NCBI GenBank assembly: GCA_904063045.1
Contig: CAJFCJ010000022.1
Coordinates: 620,001-684,000 of the forward strand
Source: Dimorphilus gyrociliatus
Lineage: Eukaryota > Animalia > Annelida
Reading direction: 5' to 3'
Length of the DNA stretch: 64,000 nt
Position numbers and translations under genes: made by a program
The notes under the pieces: model-generated
Database searches by the model: none
Seen by the model: only the letters and a program-made list of their open reading frames with translations
What the model was told of the DNA's origin: nothing
Shown: positions 14,430 through 27,649 of the stretch, piece by piece
Layout: the number at the start of each line of letters is the position of its first letter
How positions within the stretch are numbered: the first letter of the stretch is position 1

Positions 14430-14635
14430 TTTGATTCTTTCTCTTTTCCTCTTTCATTTTTTCCAATGTCAGATGAAAAGGATGATATATCTTTTTTTCT
14501 TTTCTTTTTCTTTTTCTTTTCCTTCTTCTTCTTCTTCTTTTTCCTTTAGTCTTCTTTCTCCTTCTCCTTCTCCTTCTCCTTCTCCTTCTCCTTCTTCTAA
14601 CTTTTCTCTTTCTCCTTCTTTTCCAACCACTTTGT
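14430..14635. repeat. Polypyrimidine/polypurine low-complexity tract with (CTT)n and (TCTCCT)n
   Basis: Directly visible. It explains the spurious poly-R and poly-SP ORFs. Confidence 0.9.
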
Positions 14636-17600
14636 CCTAGTCCGATTTGCTTCTCTACAAGAGGTCCTCCTAATTCGCCGAGTATTTTATCCCAGTATAC
14701 CACGAAATCTCCTTAGAAAAGTGTAGCATTTCCTTAATCTGGAGATATTAGACGGCGAAAATCAACTGGAATACTTCAAAGTTTCCCGCGAAGAGATATT
14801 ATCTATAAAAAAAAAAGAGAAAAAAAATGACACGATCTTGGATTAATTTAGCGAAAGAATTAATCTGTCCAGGTGTTTTCCGGATGCCGCGATAACGAGA
14901 TTGAACGCTGGCCAACCGGACCGAAACGACTCGATAAACATAAACGCGTGTTGAAGGTCGTATATTTAGCCGTAAAGGGGCTTTGAATGAGAATGAACGG
15001 TAGATGAAGAGGAGTCGACAGGTGTGCACTGAATGACCTGTTTTCTATATGCATTACGTACATCAAAAAAGGTTTTTGTATCGGAAAATGTGCATACAGT
15101 AAATCAAACACATAGTCAATTCCCTTTTAGATTTATTACAAGCAAAAATCCCGCCCAATTTTTCATATTCTAAATGCAAACAAACTTAAAGACGCCTCCC
15201 TTTCATACAAAGTAAACAACGAAGCGCTAAGTATGAGGGTGCTTATACATACAGCAGAGGGAAAGATTTAGAGAGGAAATTGCGTCAAAGCATTTCTTAA
15301 CTAGCCATATGTTGACCGTATAAATCTTTCATTAAATTTACCCCTTTCCCTTTTTATCCTCAACTCATTTTGCTTTATTTTACTGATTTATAGCCTTAAA
15401 TTTTTATTAAGTAAGTTTTACCATAAGAATCTGTTTTCTTTTTATCCCAATATCCTTTTCTTCTTCGTTGTCGTCGTCTTTTCTCCTTTTTCTCATTCTT
15501 TCCGTTTCTTTGGCTTTTTTCTCTCTCTCTCTCTTTCTCCCTTTACGTTTGTTTCGAGTGCACTACAAAACTTAACACTTAACCCGATAATTGAAAGACA
15601 TGGGGGAAATGCTTTGATTTCTTATTAGGATTTTTTCCCATGTGCCTTGGAAGATAAGGAAGAAAAGCAAGGCGAACATGAAAAAAAACAAATAACCTCT
15701 TCAAAATTTTTTTCTTAATTATCTATCCAGATAAAGATGGGAAAAAAGTTTTCCTCTTACGCTCGTCTACCCGAATTAAGCAGCTTAAAGTAGCTTGTCA
15801 CTTCCGCTTTACCATTTTTTCTCACCTTTTTTCCAAAGATTTTTGAGGTTGAGTTAACTTCGGATAACTCTGAACGAGGATAAACGCGATATGCCGTAAA
15901 ATCGGTCAAATATCCGAACATAAAGACAATGTGTTACAATATTTATTCGTTTTTTTGATTCCTGGCAGGGGCTCTGCCATTCCCTTTTAATGTTACAATC
16001 CCATGGAATTCCTCGCTGTTGGACAATGGTCAACGTATAAATATATTATAAATACTAATTAAAGGACGGTATTTAACCGTCTAAATAGAGAATGTTCATC
16101 CGGTGGAAACGCGTGTGCGAAATAATCAGCGATTATTACGTGTATTATCCCAAATTCAAGTGATATACGATACTACTATTTACCTTCGATCTTTCGCGCC
16201 TTTACGAGTTTTTTAAGTAGTTTTCACTTATCTTCTCTCTTGTTTTCCTTTTAAAAGAGAATCATTGATAATCTCTTATCCGACAAAATAAATTGCTGCA
16301 GTAAAAAAAGTGACCTTGTCCTAATGAAGCGTGTGACATTATACGTCTTGAAATGTCAAGTAAAAAATGCACACATAAAGTATTACTGCACGTGCGTTCG
16401 AACATCTCCCTGTGTAATCCATATTTCAACGTTCTAATCAACTTATCATGTTCCATTTTTAAAAGTAACAAATCTATAAAAAGTTCTTAATTTAAGGGAA
16501 ATCTTGCGAATGGATGCCTTTTTTCCCTCTCTTTAATAAAGAATTCAAGTAATAAAAATACCTTTATATGTAAGAAAAGTTTGTTTGAAGGTGAAAAATG
16601 ATACGATTAAATTGAACACTTTAATTAATGGAAAAAGCAGGGATCGCTTTCAGAAGACAAATTTGTCTTCCTTTTTCACCTTTGTCAATGAACAATTAAG
16701 AGTACATAGAACTCGATTCAATGCATTAGAAGCGTTGAATGAATAGAATGTCAAATTGACCGGTCACGCAGTTATTCGAGAGTTGCATGACGCTCTCCAG
16801 GCACGTGCCAGACGGAGTTAAATGGCAACAATGAAATAAAAGCTTGTTAATCATTTGTCATTTTTTCGTAAGTTTGTTTAAAAAAAATTTCTCTTAACCA
16901 CTCTCATTTTCCTACAAATTAATTAGGCAAACAAGCGACGAAAGAGAAAAAAGAGACGCCGAAAGAAAGGTATAAACTTAGAAGGGAAGAGAAGGATGTG
17001 GGAACGGGGGAAGAGAAAGACTTGTATTTGTTCTTTTCCTCCTTTTTTATCCCTACTTATCAGGGATGCGTTTCTCAGCATGCAGGTACTTAACCTCGTT
17101 CCCCAAAGGAAAAACAATAGCCCTACTTGCCCTATTGGCTCTTTTCTTGCTATTTAGCAGGGTATAAGAGGTAGAGTCAACAATTAAATGCAACCTGCAT
17201 TACACCGAATATGTACAAAGTATTAAGAATAAGAGTAGAAGGGTACTTCTATCAGTCCTTAATCAGATACATGGGTTTCTCGTGTAACTTTTTTGGGCAA
17301 ACAACTTAAAAACCTGTATATTTTCAAAACAAATAACACGTTTTATTCGTACCAGGTCCATTTTGCATAGTGTTTACTGTCTCTCTCCAACTTTTCTTTT
17401 TTCTTTGTCATGTGACGTTAGTTTCTATCGGATTATGTCAAAAGTGTTGAAATACAGCTCGATGTACTGTTGATATATGTTTAAATAATTGCGGGGCTCC
17501 CATTTCGAACGTAACATCTATAAAAGTTGGAATTACCACTAATTTTTCTCTCTTTGAACTATGTGAATGATATGTAAATATCAAAGAGGATAAAGACAAT

Positions 17601-17907
17601 TTCCCATTTTAGACAAAATTACGCAATCAAACGTTTACTCTTTTTCCTCTTTCAATCACATAAAAAAAATAAGTAAATTTATTTCTTTGACACTTTTGCG
17701 CTTGTTACATTCAAGATTATTATCGTAAAACTCAAGCATCACTTCAGCATTGCAAAGAGGCTTTCCTGTTGAAAATTGACAGGTTTCGTCTTCATAAAAA
17801 GTTTAAGTTTATCCTTCCGTTTTCCGTTCTAAACATAAATAAGTGTCGTATCTCTCATCTTCTCTCCTCCTCCTTTCTCTTCTCTGCCTCCGTGTTGCCC
17901 ATCCCCT

Positions 17908-17938
<31 letters not shown>

Positions 17939-18610
17939 TTACGGAAGCATCTTGATAATGAGCACTTTTTAAGAGCCATTTCCGACTTAAGAGACTTTGT
18001 TGATTACTCGAACGATAACTTTATTTCTGTAATACATTTCACATTCAAAACTATCTAAAGTCTATTATGTAATTTTTTTATTGTCTATAGCAATTTAACA
18101 GGTCTATTAAACTCTCACAGAAAGGAGAACGCCGCGAAAAACTCGCCCAAAGCTATATCGAACGATCTATAAAACTGTTACGTAAGGCATTTCAGCATGA
18201 GCAGCTGAAAGCAATGGTGTCTAGACATAGAAAACTATACAGACACGTCTATTTAACGCAATAGAGCGTTGCTAAACACCTGGGTTCAGCGATAGCTCCG
18301 CCCAACAGTGAAATTTCCGAGAAAGTCGGTGATTGGATAATAATCCAACGAATCAAATACGAGCTCGAGTTGACAAAGCGGAAAAGTGGTGTTGTCTGGA
18401 GTTTTAGAGACTAGTTGATGTTTTTACCGTGTCAAGGGCCGTTCCGTTAAGGATGATGTTGAATTTCAGGGACTCTCCCGATCTTATAACCGAGGATTCT
18501 ATACAATACGAAAGGTTTGTTGTCAAAATTTATAACATTATTGGTAGGAAAGAAAAGCCATTTTTATAAGAAAGTGTACAACTTACGTGTGTGTAAAAAT
18601 TTTAGTATAT

Positions 18611-18615
<5 letters not shown>

Positions 18616-18663
<48 letters not shown>
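18616..18663. repeat. (TA)n microsatellite
   Basis: About 24 uninterrupted TA units. Confidence 0.95.
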
Positions 18664-18671
<8 letters not shown>

Positions 18672-21600
18672 TAGGCATATTAAGGTAGACTTAACAAGTT
18701 TGGCTGTATTCAAAACACGAACAACCATATCAAATAGCTTATTTTTATTTAATTGCTAAATCTGATAGCGGAAAGTTGAATAGCAATAAATTTATTGGAT
18801 TGCCAAAGTATAACGGTAGGAAGGCCCGTAAGCAATTAACATGCACTGCTATTACTCTCTTGAGTAATTCGGGGTTATATAATCATAACTATTGGTTTCT
18901 ACGCCTTCGGCAATGGCCTACAGTGATGGCAATTACCCTTTTCAATGGCAGTAACAATCTTGTGAAAAAGAAACGGTCAGCTAGAAGATAAAATATTTGT
19001 CTTGTGTGTAATTGCCATAGTTTACGAGCTCTATAATTATTCTCATGAATATTTGATCAATCTGTATAGTATTTTCATATATTAATATTAAAGTAAATTT
19101 CGGTGAATGTTAGGAATGGTAAATTAGTAGTTGAGAAAAAAACTAGGTGGGGAAGCTTCCCCCCTTCCGTTTGATTGTCGTGCAAACTCGTAAATCTATA
19201 AAAGAGTACGAGAGGGAGGGCGGTAAGAGAAAGAGAGGAGAAGAAATAGCTATAGTCGCAACATTATCAAAGAGAGAGAGAGAGAGAGAGAGGACAAGAA
19301 AAGAATAAATTTAATAGTATAATTATATATATAATTAAGTCGTCTAAACGTTAAACATGATCTAAAAGTAATATATTTCTTTTATGTGCGAAATTTAAGA
19401 AAGACCATTTGTGATATTATATGTTAAGCGCCATTAGAATGTGATTTAAAGCCAATATATTCTCACGTAACTACATAAAAACGTCAAGACTTGTAAATAT
19501 TAACAATCCTAATTACTATTGATAAGCTTGGTGTTTTTATTTTTTTTCCCTCCATCTCCCACTTGTATTATTTATTTAAACATCTGAGGTTGTTTGTCAC
19601 GCTCCTATATCGTTTTACTAACATAAACTTAGCCCTCAAATATTTTGATCGGGCAGATAACTTATGCGTCTAGGAGAATTTCTTGCGCCGTTTAAATATG
19701 CGATGGATTGAATGTACACCCTTCGTTTACAAATTGTTTACATATTTCTCCTATATCCAATACCCTACTCGATTTTCGCTCATTAAACAACAGAATTTTC
19801 TATTAGCCTCATATTTTATTAATTATTCGTACAAGTACGCTAAAGTGCTGTATATAATGTTTTGTGGCGCCTATCCTCCTCTTAGATATTATTATGCGCA
19901 TGTTTCACGCTACTAATCGATCATCACCCTTTGAAGAGGCAAAAAAATTTCAGCCTCATTAATTTTCGGTCATGCTGGTCTGATCACCCGCATTCTCTTT
20001 TCAATATGAGCAAAGTTAACGAAAGAGAGAAAAAGTTAAATGACCAGGGGCCCTTTAAAAATCAATCAGTCTAATTATCTTTCATAAATAAATCTTGCCC
20101 CTACTTAAAGAAACCAACCAATCATAATCTTTGGTTTCATTGATTTCTCTTTTCCGGCCCGCTCTCGCCTTATATTTTTAAACGTTTATGGAATGTTCGC
20201 CTTGTCGTCATTCATTAACTTAAAACATACAAAATATGCGGCCCCGACTAATGACGCTCGAAAATGTTTGTTGCTTTTTCCCTTTGATTTACGACTCGTG
20301 TTGAATATATCAACAACATTTTTACTGTTAGCTTCATCATCTATAACTCGCTTATAATGACTTTTAACAATTGTCAAATAGCTTTGATAAACACTGTCCG
20401 GGAGGGAGGGGGAGGAGGAGGAGTAGAGAGGAGTAGATAAAGAAGGAAGAAAATGTTCATTTATCAAGTAATTTAACCCGCTAATAAAAAAAGACCCCGC
20501 TAATAATTACAGAATAGAGTTTGACAATAATCGTCTAGTTCTAAAGGGAATTTTCAAGCATTAATCCTCTAAAATTATTGCTATACATTTCAAGTGTCAA
20601 CGGGCGTCTAGAGCGTTATTAGTCATTTATTATATTACGGAAAAAATTATCATAATAACAAAGAATAGTAAGGGCCCGAATAAAGAAAGGAGAAGACAAG
20701 AAACGCTAGAAGTGATAGGAAAAGAAGAATAAAAAGAGAGGAATGCGTGTTAAAGAAAGAAAAAAAACGAGAAAAAAAAGGGGGAACCTTCTGTTATCGG
20801 ATACTTTGATAAAAAGTGATATAGTCTTTCTCGCAACTGTTGTTTGCAACTTATCGCTTGGTTACAACTGTTTATGGAAAAGAGTGAAAAGAGCGAAAAG
20901 CCCCTTTAAATTGTCATTTAATACTTTTTGTACAAGTGTAATGGCGAGTGAAAAACTATCGTTGAAAGTTTATTTTCAATTTTCCGGTTTAAGTTTTCCA
21001 CTATGTGTCAAGTTTGTCATAGCCGACGAGGTTTTGTCGTTAAAAAAACAGGTAAGACATTTAGAGTTTGTTTTTTGAAATAACACGATAAACGCGTGCC
21101 CCGTCCGTCGACGCTGGCGTCTATTATAGCTGTCAGATGTTAATAATGAAAAAGTCAGGTGAAAAGGGGCGTTAGTTGAATTTTTAAAGAAATTGAATAT
21201 CAAGTTGTTCATACTAAATGTAATATTTGTTCGTTGTTTAAATGTTGTCTAAAATGTATGCGACACTTTACGGCCGATTAGACGCGAACAGTAAACAATT
21301 GTGAAAAATATAAGAAGATATAAAACAGACACGCACTGTCGGATATCTAGTTACGACATATCACATGTTATCACCTAATTTATTAACTATTCTCCCTATT
21401 ATATCAGTTACTAGTAGTAGTCGTTCCTAACGTGTTTTCATTACAGTCTGCCAAACTGTTAAGTAAGCCTATAAATTTTGAAATAATTGACGAAAAGGTT
21501 ATACGGTTAAAGGTAATTTAATAATAATGAATTTTTCAGCATTGAATGCAAAATTGGTAGAAGATTAGCCAAAATTGGTGACGCGCTTGACGAAAAGTAC

Positions 21601-24000
21601 AAGAAACGCCATAAGAAAAAAGACGATATGGGAGGGGCGTCGAATAAATTAAATAAATCTAAGGAAACTAATGAAAAAAGGTAAAACGAAGCGTTTAAAC
21701 AAAACTCTAACTAATTTCTCTCTTTTTTCAGCCTCTTATCTCAATCATTACCACTGACGGTAAGCTTTTCATGTATAAAAAGGGTCGGATTCGTAAAGGA
21801 ATTAATTAATTCCCGAATGTACTTTTTGAACAATCTTCAACAAAGCCGTACTTTATCAAACGAAATTTCGCCGCGGCTAATGAAAGCGTGTCAGTCTGAC
21901 ATCACGTGACTTAGGTAGGGGCGGAGTTAGAGTTGCATAATAAATTTTCTAGACACGGGGAGTTAAGGGAGATATTTTGAAGGGAACGATATGACTCATA
22001 TGAGGGTGTTTTTTGTCTTTCGCTTGATTTGTGTTTCCTTCTGGGATACATGCGGGTCTCTTTTTCAAGAGTAATGTTGCTTTCTTTGTTTGTCTTTGAC
22101 TGGGCGTATAACCAACCATTACGAATTTGTTTGACTCGTTCACATGTCTCCAATTTTGAGACACGCATACAATAACTCTTATTTTCTCTCTCCCTCTCCC
22201 TCCCTATCGTTCCATACCTTACGGTCTTGACTCTTTTTGCGACAGATATCTTCATATTCTATTCATATAGTCTATTATAGTTAACGTAATATGAAACTCT
22301 CAGATGTCCGTGTTTTGCCGGATTTATTTATAGCTTTGTGGGAAGAATGCCATTAGGGGAGTGTAATATTAGTTTATCTTCGATTTTTTCATGTAAGGAA
22401 TCGACTACGAGTAAGTTTATACGATTACAAAGAACTCTGTCCAAGGTACGCACGAACATAATATTGCAGAATATGTAGTTCATACGATCCTAAAGAAACT
22501 GCGCACCTGACCTTTCAATATTTTTATATTATGATCAATTTGTTATCTCAGCTGTTTGTAATGTGAGAAAAATGTTCAAGTAAACAATGAAAAAAGGTAA
22601 AAGAACAACTAAAAACCTTTTAACTTGAATATTTAAATAAAAAAGAAAAAGATGAAAAAACAAATCAGCTCATCCTTCAAATAGAATTTTACATATTGAA
22701 CTGCAATCTCATTTGCATATTTCACGCTTTTGTATTTAACAAAGTGGGAAAAAGATAGAGAGAGATGAAGAATAAAAAAAATTCCTTTTATTTCTCGTCA
22801 TCACCTTCCCCTCCCACTCCTCCCCCTCCCACCCCACCTACCATCCCTTCGCCCCATCTCTTACATCATTCGGTACAATTCTCTACTGATGAGGATAAGC
22901 GAGTGTGGGGTTAAATTAATCCTTTGATGTTACAAGAGTTAACTCAATTGTGTAAAAAATCACTAGGGGGTGCTATTGACCAAAATTCTTCTTTGTTATT
23001 TTACATAATGTGGGGAAATGTGGGCTAATTGATTTTTCCAATCTTAATACTTAATGTATAACAAGCAATATACTTGCCCACCCAAAGTATTAAAATAAGT
23101 GTATATATTAAAAATTCTTCATTGTTGATTAAGCAAACACAGACTTTCTCTTAATTCTTTTTAACTTCTTTGAAGTTTGTGTAGTTTTTTTGCAGTTTTT
23201 GCAGTTGATTTGTTGTGTTAGCTGTTTTTTTTGTTGGTTAAAGTCAATAGTAATGTGAGGAAAAAAAATAAAAGGAAAAAATTTTTGCAGTTGTGCAAAG
23301 AGAATACAAAAAGGGAAAGAGAGAGAGAGAGAGAGAGAGAGAAAGATAGATAAACAATCTTCAGGTGACCAGCCTTCTTTATCCCTTCTTAGGAGGGCAG
23401 AGAGATAGATAGATTGTTTGAAAGATAGGTGAACTAAAAGCATACGTGAGAAGGATAAAGAGAGAAAGTAGTAAAAGTAAACATAAAAATAACGAGGAAG
23501 ACGGAAAAAGGAAGAGAAAGGATAATTAATTGTTATATGGGTTAATTAAACAAGTTATACCCATCTAATAGAACCAATCAAAGAGTAATTTTGACGCTAA
23601 CAATTGGTAGTTTACGGTCATTTTCACCCTTTCTGTATCAGATACAAGAAAATTCGTGACCCGAAAAACATACAAACTATTGCCGCTAATAATAGACATC
23701 AGTGTGCCCGAGAAAAAATTTGTCACGATAAACGAGGCGGAAAACACCGCTTGTCAAGCGCGTAAAAATTCGATCGATCGTATAATTAAGTTTCTTTTAG
23801 CGGAAAAGGGAAAAATCGACACAAAAAATGTCTCCTTTGAACTTTTGAAAAGGACGCCGCGGCGTAAATAAAGTAACGCCGAACAGATTGAGTGACGCCT
23901 TAATCGGAAGCTGCCGTTTCCGGCCGTCTCTTTTTGATATGGTGAAAATATCGAAGAAACCCTGCACCTGTTGTCCATTCGGTCGAGAAATGCAAGTTGC

Positions 24001-25460
24001 TCACTTTTGCATATTACGTAATGGGCGACGCTCCATTAGGCTGTTCATAATAGACGCTTTCCCGACTAATTGGAAATTTTGTAATGGACGAGACGTACGT
24101 ACGTCGTTATCTATATCAGCGAGATCGTTTATGTAGTTGGAGTATCGTGACATCTCTTGACGACGCCTGAAATTGAACGCTCGAACGATTTCAGTGAATA
24201 TTCTATTAAAATATCGTTGACCAGAACGAGTAGATGAATTAGAGTATATAGGCTATCAAACAGAGGGGCCGTGAAGAAAAAAAAAACCTGCCCGTTCTCA
24301 TCATTTGGTTGAGAGGTTTCCTCTTTTTTTTATTAAAGAAAACACGTTAAGGATGAAAAAAAGATTGTTTAAAAAGAAAAATGTAAATCTGGATGGGTTA
24401 ATTACTTTTTAACGCTTCAACTGTCGAGAGCGTCGCCGCTGGCTATAAATTTATTTTTTCTTTTTTAATCATACACATATGTTAATGTTACAAGCCGTCA
24501 GCTATTGGACGGTGAAAATTTAACGGTGGTTCATACAACATTTCGTAATTGTTATTCACCCGAAACGGAAACCAAATCGTGTGGAAAAAAGATTAAAAAG
24601 ACCTCCCTTTTCTTTTTCCTTCTCTTTTTTCCCTCCACCTCTTTTACTGACTTTGATTGAAGTCTTACGCATAATTTTTTACCTTGAATCATTTGACTGA
24701 AATTATAGAGGCTATCAGTAGCGGTCTTTGATCTTTTCGTCAATCAGTTCTTGTTAATCTTGATGAAACTGACGTAAATTACTAGGAGAACGGTATAGCT
24801 AAGATGAGAAAAGAACAAACTCTTTAATTTTTTATCTTTAAGATTCAGATTCTATCTTTATTAATTAAACTAAAAGATTAAAACTTTTTTCTTGTATTTT
24901 CTTTTACAGGAGACGTTTCTCTTCGTTCTTCTCGTCGAAATGTTCCTTAAAGGGTTCTAAAATGGTTTAGTTGATTGACTGATTTCACCTTGACCATATA
25001 CTCTTTTCTAACTGGAATTGTTTTACACTTTTTTACTTTGTTAAAGATTGCTTTTGAAAATGCCTACAACCATTTTCAAATTGCTATTAAACAATTTATT
25101 CGTTTGTCATTATCATCAACATCAACATCATCATCATCATCATCAGTTCATCTCACTCTTTTTCTTCTTCTTCCTCTCCTTCTTCTACTGACGATATACT
25201 AGCCAGTATTTCAACAAGATCTCTTTTTTATACTATATTTTAGTCTTTAGTATACATTTATATATTTTTATGATTTTTCTTAAAATCTCGTGTTGCTACC
25301 TACCTAACTTACACAAAATTTCGTTTTGTTCGAATAGATGTTTAGATTTCTCTTTCTCTTTTTCTTCCTTTTTCTGCTTTCTTTCTCTTTCTTATTATTT
25401 CCTATACTTCTTCATAACGAAGTAAATGGATAACAATAAGAGATAGATAGATGGATTGAT

Positions 25461-25491
<31 letters not shown>

Positions 25492-25866
25492 TTGCTGTTC
25501 AATTAGTGAGAGAAATAACCTTTCTTTATTTTTTTAACCAGTTTTTATTTTTCAATACTATTATCATTTTTAAATTATTATAAAATTATAATACATTAAA
25601 TAACAACTGTTACAGATTGTATTGTATACTTTGTATATTCTTTTTATGACCTTTATTAATCTTCTCCCTCCTTCCCCTCCTCCTCTTCATGAGCTATACT
25701 GTCATTTTCTCTTCTTTTTTTTTATTCTTTCCTCTTTTTTATCGACTCTACGAGCTATTCATCATTTTATCAATGGAACATAAAAAAAAGTGAAATACCT
25801 TAGGTATTGAAGACCACCTGTCATCCAACTACATTCTCGGTACTCGCCCATCAAAACTTCTCCCAT
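24001..25866 (-). CDS. Candidate 77-aa two-exon microprotein (25866-25799, 24166-24001)
   Basis: ATG with an in-frame TGA just upstream; donor CCTAAG|gtattt (phase 2); acceptor tttcag|G. Product MGEVLMGEYRECSWMTGGLQYLRRRQEMSRYSNYINDLADIDNDVRTSRPLQNFQLVGKASIMNSLMERRPLRNMQK. No family recognised. Confidence 0.45.
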
Positions 25867-26065
25867 TCACACACATTACAGACGTAGACATAGACACACA
25901 AACACGTAAAATGTAACAATTATTTAATTCTTAGCTAAAGATAATTATCGCTTCAATTATTTACAAAAGAAAATTCACTTTTCGTAAAGAATATTTCCTT
26001 TCTTTCTGCATTCTCTGCAACGTGGAAAAACGTTTTCAGGATATAAAATCCCTTCTATAAACAAG

Positions 26066-26461
26066 TTGCAAATTTAACAAATCCGATTTTCTCCATTTGA
26101 AAAATGGTCAACTAGTTGACCTTTTACTTAAAATACGAGGATTACCGGACAATGACACGTACATTACGACTAAAAGTTTGCTGAAAGACATTAGACGATT
26201 ATTAGATTATCGTGATACCTTTGTTTGCAAAATGGATAGAGTTTTTAATGGAAAAGCTATTATTCCCATAGAAAAATTACTTAAGGTAAACTCTTTTATT
26301 AAAAAGAAAACAACAAAAAAACTCTTCTGTCGTATTAATTAACCTAAAAGGGTAACGCCACTCCACAGATGCTTAAAAACGGAAGATTTAAGCCGTTTAA
26401 GTTTTCGGACCAAATAAGTCTCAACAACTCGGATTGTTTAGCGTTACTAAAAGCAAACAGA
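26066..26461 (+). CDS. Candidate two-exon coding fragment of unknown function
   Basis: Open frame 26066-26286 ends AAG|gtaaac. After a short intron (~83 nt), ccacag|ATGCTTAAAAAC continues in phase 0 (…IPIEKLLK|MLKNGRFKPFKFSDQ…). Start and end unresolved. Confidence 0.3.
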
Positions 26462-26486
26462 TATACACATATGTACACAATCATAA

Positions 26487-26517
<31 letters not shown>

Positions 26518-27649
26518 CACGCACTCTCTCTCTTATATTCTATTATTAGCCTCTGAGACTACTTTTGCATTTACATGTCCGCCGAAATGCGTCTTATCCG
26601 CACAACTCAGCTTTTAGAGTTGCGTAACGACAGAGAGGCGAGAAGACAGACAGAAAGATAGAGAAAATAGAAACTTTTATTCTGTTGGCCACAGATGCCG
26701 CCACTAGACGACAGATAAACAACTGTATATGAAAGTTTCTTTTTGAGTTGCTACTAAGGGTTTATGATTTCGAATTGGATGGTTTAAATTAGAAAGCGTT
26801 GGGTATAATTAATAGACAGGTAACAGTAAACGTATCGGTACAAGCAGATAATTGATGGGAGGACGAGCGTTGATTTCGTAGGTATCGAAAGATGGCTTAG
26901 TTAGATAAGACGAGCAATAACAATTAAATAGATGTTATCAATTACGGATGAAATGAACCAAATAAAAGGCGAATGTGTTACATTTACTTTTAAATTAATA
27001 GCGAATACGTCCAAACGTATTCAATCAGGCGTCGAATCGCGAGAGTAACAACTCGGGGTGAGCCCCCAAGGGAAGAGGAATAATAAGAGTAAGAAAGAGA
27101 AGATAAGGAAATATTTTTAGTAGTAATAGCAGTAATAGTCGTAATAATAAAAGCAAATTGAAATTGAGAGAATTCATCAACTGTTTCTTTATACAGAAGA
27201 TAATAGATTTAAATTTAATAATTTATTCTATAGTAATAATTAAATGGATAATTTATCACATAGTCTGCATGAACATATAGAATAGTGAATATATGAATAA
27301 ATATATTCATATTCATAACTATCTATACATAAAAAAAATGTTTGCTGGTTTTAAACTTTCCTTTTGCCTTTTATTGTAAACAGAAAAAGACAAAAGTCTT
27401 TGCATTTTTAGCTGCATTTCTTTTTTGGAAATTATTTGCTTACGTATATGAATGTATGTATGTCTGTTTGTAGGTAGGTATGTTGGATTGTATGCATTCA
27501 TTTATAAATTATATCTATTCTTTGTATGAACGTATCCATGCTTGGTTTGGAATATGTTGAGAAAACGACGACATTTGGTAAATAAACTAAGGATAAAAGT
27601 GAAAATAGCATCGTCATAAAAATTTTCATAGAAAGGCTTCATGATAAGA

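Noticed and set aside
14380-14703. Poly-Arg and poly-Ser/Pro ORFs on both strands
   Set aside because: They are translations of a CTT/TCTCCT microsatellite tract.
18121-18412. Two adjacent ~48-codon frames separated by one TAG (possible pseudogene or readthrough)
   Set aside because: No recognisable homology; expected by chance in a GC-richer island.
20186-20467. 93-aa minus-strand ORF with an acceptor-like CAG
   Set aside because: No compatible upstream exon or family similarity, and it starts in a purine repeat.
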